A DNA stretch of 63,761 nt, filler included, from Licmophora abbreviata (taxonomy: Eukaryota), in the NCBI GenBank assembly GCA_900291995.1. It is 10 parts of 10 records of this genome, joined end to end, with 100 filler letters (N's around TTAATTAATTAA, not from the genome) between each part and the next. Parts side by side here need not be neighbours in the genome. Positions count along the whole stretch, not along the records: positions 56,907 to 62,587 come from OLMU01004476.1; positions 62,688 to 63,761 come from OLMU01004508.1; 8 more parts are not named here. One strand, written 5' to 3'. Shown piece after piece: positions 59,265-63,761 of the stretch. Under the pieces are notes generated by a model, which saw only the letters and a list, made by a program, of their open reading frames with translations, made no database searches and was not told where the DNA came from. Both the position numbers and the translations under genes were made by a program. Every line of letters starts with the position of its first letter. Position 1 is the stretch's first letter.

Positions 59265-60569
59265 CTATCGCCGGGATTTAGCGGCATCACGAGCCCTCTT
59301 TCCCTGTCGGTTCGCACCGGACCCACCTCTGGCTTTTGTCCCTCCTGAGAAGTTACCCCGTGGATTGAAACCCGACATGTCGTTCAAGCTCTTGCGATCA
59401 GTTTGCTTGAAGCGCCCACTCTTTCCACCGTGACCATACTTTCGGTCCGCCGCCATCCGCTTCTTGTTGGGTCCTGACTGAAGGTTTCCGTCTCGATCAG
59501 TCCAGCCCCTCTTCATTCGCCCCAGATAGGCGTCATCATCGTCCTCCATCGCACCACCACGGCGGGAAGCTGCGGACTTGGCCCAGTCGTCCACTGCCTT
59601 GAGATGATCTTTCTTTCGTCTTGCTTTCTCTGCAAGCTTGTTTGCGTGCTTTTCTTTGGAACGCAACTTCTGCTCTTTGTTCGATTTGCGCTGTGCCACC
59701 GCATCGATCTTTTTCGTTTCGAAGATCAATCGATCCTTTACCTTGGCCATGTGGTCTGCACAGGGAAAGGAGGCGTTAGATCCGAGAGTCGTTCACACAG
59801 CACAACCCTCAATGACAAACCTACCATCAGTCTTCACCATCTCCGCGAAGAAGTCTTCCGGCCGCGAGAATGGCACTCCCGCTTGTTGACATTTGGACCT
59901 TGCCTCGTTGACAGCCTCGAGTGCCAAGTTATAAAAGGCCAGTTCCCGTTTCAGATCATCATGTACATCAAGAGGACTTCCTTCTGCTCCCACAGCACCA
60001 AAAGGAAGAGACTGATCCGGAATAATGTCAAACGTCTCGGCCCAAGGCATGCCTTGCTTGGCCGACACGAGTTCTTGGGTTGTCGTAAGGAGAGCTTTTC
60101 CAGAGTTCAAAATGGCCTTGCGCTCAGCTTCAGCCTCCGAATCTTCATCATCTTCCATCTCTTCCTCACTCTTCTCACTGTCGGATTGCTCCCTAGGATT
60201 CTTTTCTCGGGTTTCTTCGACAGCGTCGTCGTCTTGGTCCTCAATAGCTTCTTGTTCCTGGTCGTCGCTGTTGTCATCTTGCTCCTCCGCATCGTCGTCA
60301 CTAGCCCCAAGCACCTCAATATCTTCATCCTCGTCTTCATCATCTTTCATTTTAAGCAAGTGATCAAACGCACCTTCGGAAATCGCCTGTCGGAGTGCCA
60401 TGGCCTCAGCGTTCCATTCGTTGCCACCGGCTGTGTCAGATGGACCACCGTCCTCATCATCGGACGACATGGCATCGATCGCCTCCAACGTGAGGCGCTC
60501 CTCCTCTTCTGCCGACTGGCGTGTTTTTGTCTGCTTCGCCTGCCTGCTCTTGCTCTTCTTTTTAGCCAT
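59265..60569 (-). CDS. EBP2: rRNA-processing protein EBP2; intron 59824-59756
   Basis: DDLKRELAFY, FSRPEDFFAEMVKTD/DHMAKVK, KKRMAADRKYGHGG. Confidence 0.93.
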
Positions 60570-61001
60570 CGTATTGGTAACTGACTTGTCTGAATGTATA
60601 TCGAAATCCGAGTGGCACTACACACAGAGTGTTGTTCTGTTCTGTTCGTTTCAATGATCGCTTTGTTTCAGTTTTCGACTTCTTTCCCGCCAATCATTTG
60701 TTTTCAAACGAATGGCCCTCGCAACGCCCCGTCTGCCCGGCACACGAGATATCGTTCTCCCTACCGACATGCACAGCAAAGAGACGTATGTAGGTTTTGT
60801 ACTAAATTTCACGTAGAAAAGATCCGATCTTTGATGATGCCAAAATCCTATCAAAGTTTGAAGCCAACTTTGAAAGTACAACGACGACAGATTGAAAGAG
60901 TCGGTGTTGGCATTCGGTACGCTGTTGCCGATCCCATTTCTACTGAAGTCGAGTTCTCAAAAGGCTCTTCTACTCGATAACTAGCTACAAGTCGGACGAT
61001 C

Positions 61002-62009
61002 ATGTTGCGCTCCTCCCTACTACTGTTTTCACTGCTGCTGCAAGGCGCTTCGGCCTTCGTGTCGCCTGCTGTACGACCGACATCAGTCTCGCCCCGTCCC
61101 TCTTGGAAACTTCACGCCGAGGAAACACCATCGCCAGATCCATTTGTCGATTCTGCTCTCACCATTGCTGATGCTGCAGGCGCGCTTCTGGATGAGACCA
61201 TCGTCGTCAAGTATGGCGGCAACGCCATGACGTCTCCAGAACTGGCCCTTGGCTTTTGCCAAGACGTAGCGGCGCTCCAGCGACTCGGGGTGCGGGTCGT
61301 GGTGGTTCATGGCGGTGGACCGCAGATTAGTAAAATGCTCGACACGGTCGGTGTCGAAACACGCTTTGAGGGTGGCATGCGTGTCAGTAGTACCGAGGTG
61401 GTGGAGGTGGCCGAGATGGTACTGTGCGGGAGTGTGAATAAGCAGATTGCGAGTGCCATTTGTTCTGCGGGTGGAAGAGCTATTGGACTGTCGGGAAGGG
61501 ACGACTCCTTGCTACAATGTACCAAACAAGAAAACAAGGATGGCTACGATCTTGGCTTTGTCGGAAAAGTAGAAACCGTAAACACCGAACTCCTCGAAGA
61601 CTTGTTGGATATGGGCATTACGCCCGTCGTGTCGCCCATTGGAACGGGCATTGGGAAGGAGTGCAACCTTGCCTACAATGTCAATGCCGATGCAGCGGCA
61701 GGTCGGATTGCAGGAGAGCTGCGTGCAGCGCGAGTTTTGTTCCTCACGGACATTGCAGGAGTCTTGGACAAGGACATGAAGTTGATGCCCAGTTTGACGG
61801 TGGATGATGTTAGCAATCTTATCGAGGACGGTACCATCAGTGGAGGAATGATCCCCAAGACTGACTTTGCGACAGGTGCTGTCAAGCTGGGAGTCAAGGG
61901 TGCCTTCATTACAGATGGACGAGTCCCGCATGCGCTGCTCAAAGAAGTGCTCGGCGGTGGAGCCGAAGGACTTGGATCGGGTGCTGGGGGCACAATTGTG
62001 ACGCTATAG
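61002..62009 (+). CDS. argB: N-acetylglutamate kinase, plastid-targeted
   Basis: IVVKYGGNAM, VVHGGGPQI, YNVNAD, LTDIAGV, GGMIPK; signal peptide + ASA-FVS. Confidence 0.96.
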   Translation: MLRSSLLLFSLLLQGASAFVSPAVRPTSVSPRPSWKLHAEETPSPDPFVDSALTIADAAGALLDETIVVKYGGNAMTSPELALGFCQDVAALQRLGVRVVVVHGGGPQISKMLDTVGVETRFEGGMRVSSTEVVEVAEMVLCGSVNKQIASAICSAGGRAIGLSGRDDSLLQCTKQENKDGYDLGFVGKVETVNTELLEDLLDMGITPVVSPIGTGIGKECNLAYNVNADAAAGRIAGELRAARVLFLTDIAGVLDKDMKLMPSLTVDDVSNLIEDGTISGGMIPKTDFATGAVKLGVKGAFITDGRVPHALLKEVLGGGAEGLGSGAGGTIVTL

Positions 62010-62131
62010 CTACAGGTACTACGAGTAGAGCGATGAACGCACAACTGATGAAAGTAGAGACTAGCTAGAGCTACCATTTTCCGTGCGCAAAAGCTCAACC
62101 CATGTATGATAGACGGTTTACGCGTAAAGCA

Positions 62132-62587
62132 TCACAAGGACCGCGTCGAGTTCGAACTGTTTTGCTCCTCCTGCGTCGTTTCCATCAATTCGTTAAATCG
62201 CAGGCCTTTCTCCTTGACAGCTGTATTGTACCTCGAACAGTAAGTCCCGTCCAGAACAGCTTCAGATGTGGAAGGCCCCAACATCCCTTTTACGCCAGGA
62301 AAGGATGAGATTTTCTTCGACAGCGATGCGTTCAGAAACAGCAATTCTACCTCACGAATTCTATAGATCTCACACGCCGGATAGGAAGGGGAATGAGTGT
62401 CATGTTGCTCCGTGTAATTTTCTCTAGGATACAGATATTGCCTCCAATCTTTCGACATTTGCTTTCCACAGCACAATCTCAGAATATCCCAGTATCGGAT
62501 GAATTCATGAATGCTCTCCATTTGCTCGTCTGTCAAACCGAATATGCCCTGGTATTGGAATACCATGCTAACACCAGCCCGTCTGAG
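62132..62587 (-). CDS. Possible 3' fragment of an unknown gene at a contig end
   Basis: About 150-codon frame open from the gap; no motif recognised. Confidence 0.25.
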   Translation of the reverse strand, partial: LRRAGVSMVFQYQGIFGLTDEQMESIHEFIRYWDILRLCCGKQMSKDWRQYLYPRENYTEQHDTHSPSYPACEIYRIREVELLFLNASLSKKISSFPGVKGMLGPSTSEAVLDGTYCSRYNTAVKEKGLRFNELMETTQEEQNSSNSTRSL

Positions 62588-62687
62588 NNNNNNNNNNNNN
62601 NNNNNNNNNNNNNNNNNNNNNNNNNNNNNNNTTAATTAATTAANNNNNNNNNNNNNNNNNNNNNNNNNNNNNNNNNNNNNNNNNNNN

Positions 62688-63093
62688 AAGGATGCCCTGC
62701 GACAGCTGGCTGGTGGAGGAGATGGTCACTGGGGCCGTGGCCGAGCTCTTGATCGGGGTGCTGCGCGATCCGGCGCATGGCTTCGTTCTGACGCTTGGCG
62801 CGGGCGGTACGCTGACCGAGATCATCGCCGACAGCACACAGCTTTTGCTGCCCGTCACGGCGCAGGACATCGACGCGGCGCTGGACGGCTTGCGCATCGC
62901 GCGTCTGCTTGAGGGCTATCGCGGCAAGTCGCCTGCGGATCGCGAGGCCATTGTCCGCGCCGTTCTGGCGGTGCAGGATTACGTCATCGCCCAAGCCCAT
63001 CGCCTTGAGGAGGTGGAAATCAACCCGCTCATCTGCACGCCCGATCGCGCGGTCGCCGTGGATGCGCTTATCACCATCGGAGAGCCGACATGA
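62688..63093 (+). CDS. Bacterial ADP-forming acyl-CoA (acetate-CoA) ligase, C-terminal ATP-grasp part; 5' partial
   Basis: LVEEMV..ELLIG..RDP..G...LGAGG..TE; EVEINPL....AVAVDAL; high GC, no introns. Confidence 0.85.
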
Positions 63094-63761
63094 CCGACAG
63101 CCCCGTCAAGACCCACCGCCGAGGCCATGTGCTGGAGGTGACGCTGGACCGGCCCAAGGCCAATGCCATCGATCTCGCCACCAGCCGCATCATGGGCGAG
63201 GTGTTCCGCGATTTCCGCGACGATCCGGATCTGCGCGTGGCGCTGATCACCGGCGCGGGCGACAAGTTCTTCTGTCCGGGCTGGGATCTCAAGGCCGCGG
63301 CCGATGGCGATGCCGTGGATGGCGATTACGGTGTCGGCGGATTCGGCGGGCTGCAGGAGATGCGCGCGATGAACAAGCCTATCGTCGCTGCGGTCAACGG
63401 GATCTGCTGTGGCGGGGGGCTGGAATGGGCGCTGTCGGCGGATATCATCCTGGCCGCCGATCACGCGCAATTCGCCCTGCCCGAGATCCGCTCGGGCACC
63501 GTGGCGGATGCCGCAAGCGTCAAGCTGCCCAAGCGCATCCCCTATCACATTGCCATGGAGATGCTGTTGACCGGGCGCTGGATCGATGCCGAAGAGGCCG
63601 CCCGCTGGGGGATGATCAACCAGATCCATCCGGCGGATGCGCTGATGGAGAAGGCGCGCGCGCTGGCCGATCACCTGGCCTCGGGTCCGCCGCTGGTTTA
63701 CGCCGCGATCAAGGAAATCGTGCGCGAGGCCGAGGCGATGACCTTTCAGGACGCGATGAAC
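63090..63761 (+). CDS. caiD: Bacterial crotonase-family enoyl-CoA hydratase (carnitinyl-CoA dehydratase-like); 3' partial; absent from ORF track
   Basis: MTDSPVKTHRRGHVLEVTLDRPKANAID...FCPGWDLKAAA..GGFGGL..NKPIVAAVNG.CCGGGLE..FALPE; ATGA overlap with the upstream stop; GGAGAG Shine-Dalgarno-like site at 63079-63084. Confidence 0.85.
   Translation, partial: MTDSPVKTHRRGHVLEVTLDRPKANAIDLATSRIMGEVFRDFRDDPDLRVALITGAGDKFFCPGWDLKAAADGDAVDGDYGVGGFGGLQEMRAMNKPIVAAVNGICCGGGLEWALSADIILAADHAQFALPEIRSGTVADAASVKLPKRIPYHIAMEMLLTGRWIDAEEAARWGMINQIHPADALMEKARALADHLASGPPLVYAAIKEIVREAEAMTFQDAMN

Overview
Eukaryotic nuclear DNA from a compact, intron-poor genome that is almost certainly a diatom. Evidence: GT..AG introns mostly ~70-160 bp, ASAFAP-type bipartite plastid presequences, a diatom-type cyclin and apparently lineage-specific families. 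Nine artificial 100-nt linkers (N44-TTAATTAATTAA-N44) break the window into 10 segments. Two linkers fall inside genes, one with a 54-bp duplicated overlap, so part of the order is real scaffold order. About 33 genes are recognisable, mostly housekeeping: VPS11, two cyclins, Mpv17/PMP22, class-III aminotransferase, F-box, cellular RdRP, lipase-thioredoxin fusion, UBXN7-like, NDUFB3, MFS, La-related, SGNH hydrolase, PFAS, dPGM, 2OG-Fe(II) oxygenase, AP-3 delta, DUF4168-like, MAP65/PRC1, RPL27, ABCB half-transporter, EBP2 and NAGK. The last 1.07 kb is high-GC alphaproteobacterial operon DNA (acyl-CoA ligase plus a CaiD-like hydratase). I could not establish a new multi-gene system. The best leads are a compact DLDGD-type RdRP, the lipase-thioredoxin fusion, a frame break on a canonical -1 slippery heptamer in the DUF4168-like gene, a RING-less VPS11, a hairpin-dense non-coding segment with a tRNA-Lys PBS-like motif, a candidate snoRNA in the RPL27 intron, a spliced 62-aa membrane protein missed by the ORF track, and a CpG-depleted relic region. 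All calls come from reading the sequence; no searches were run.
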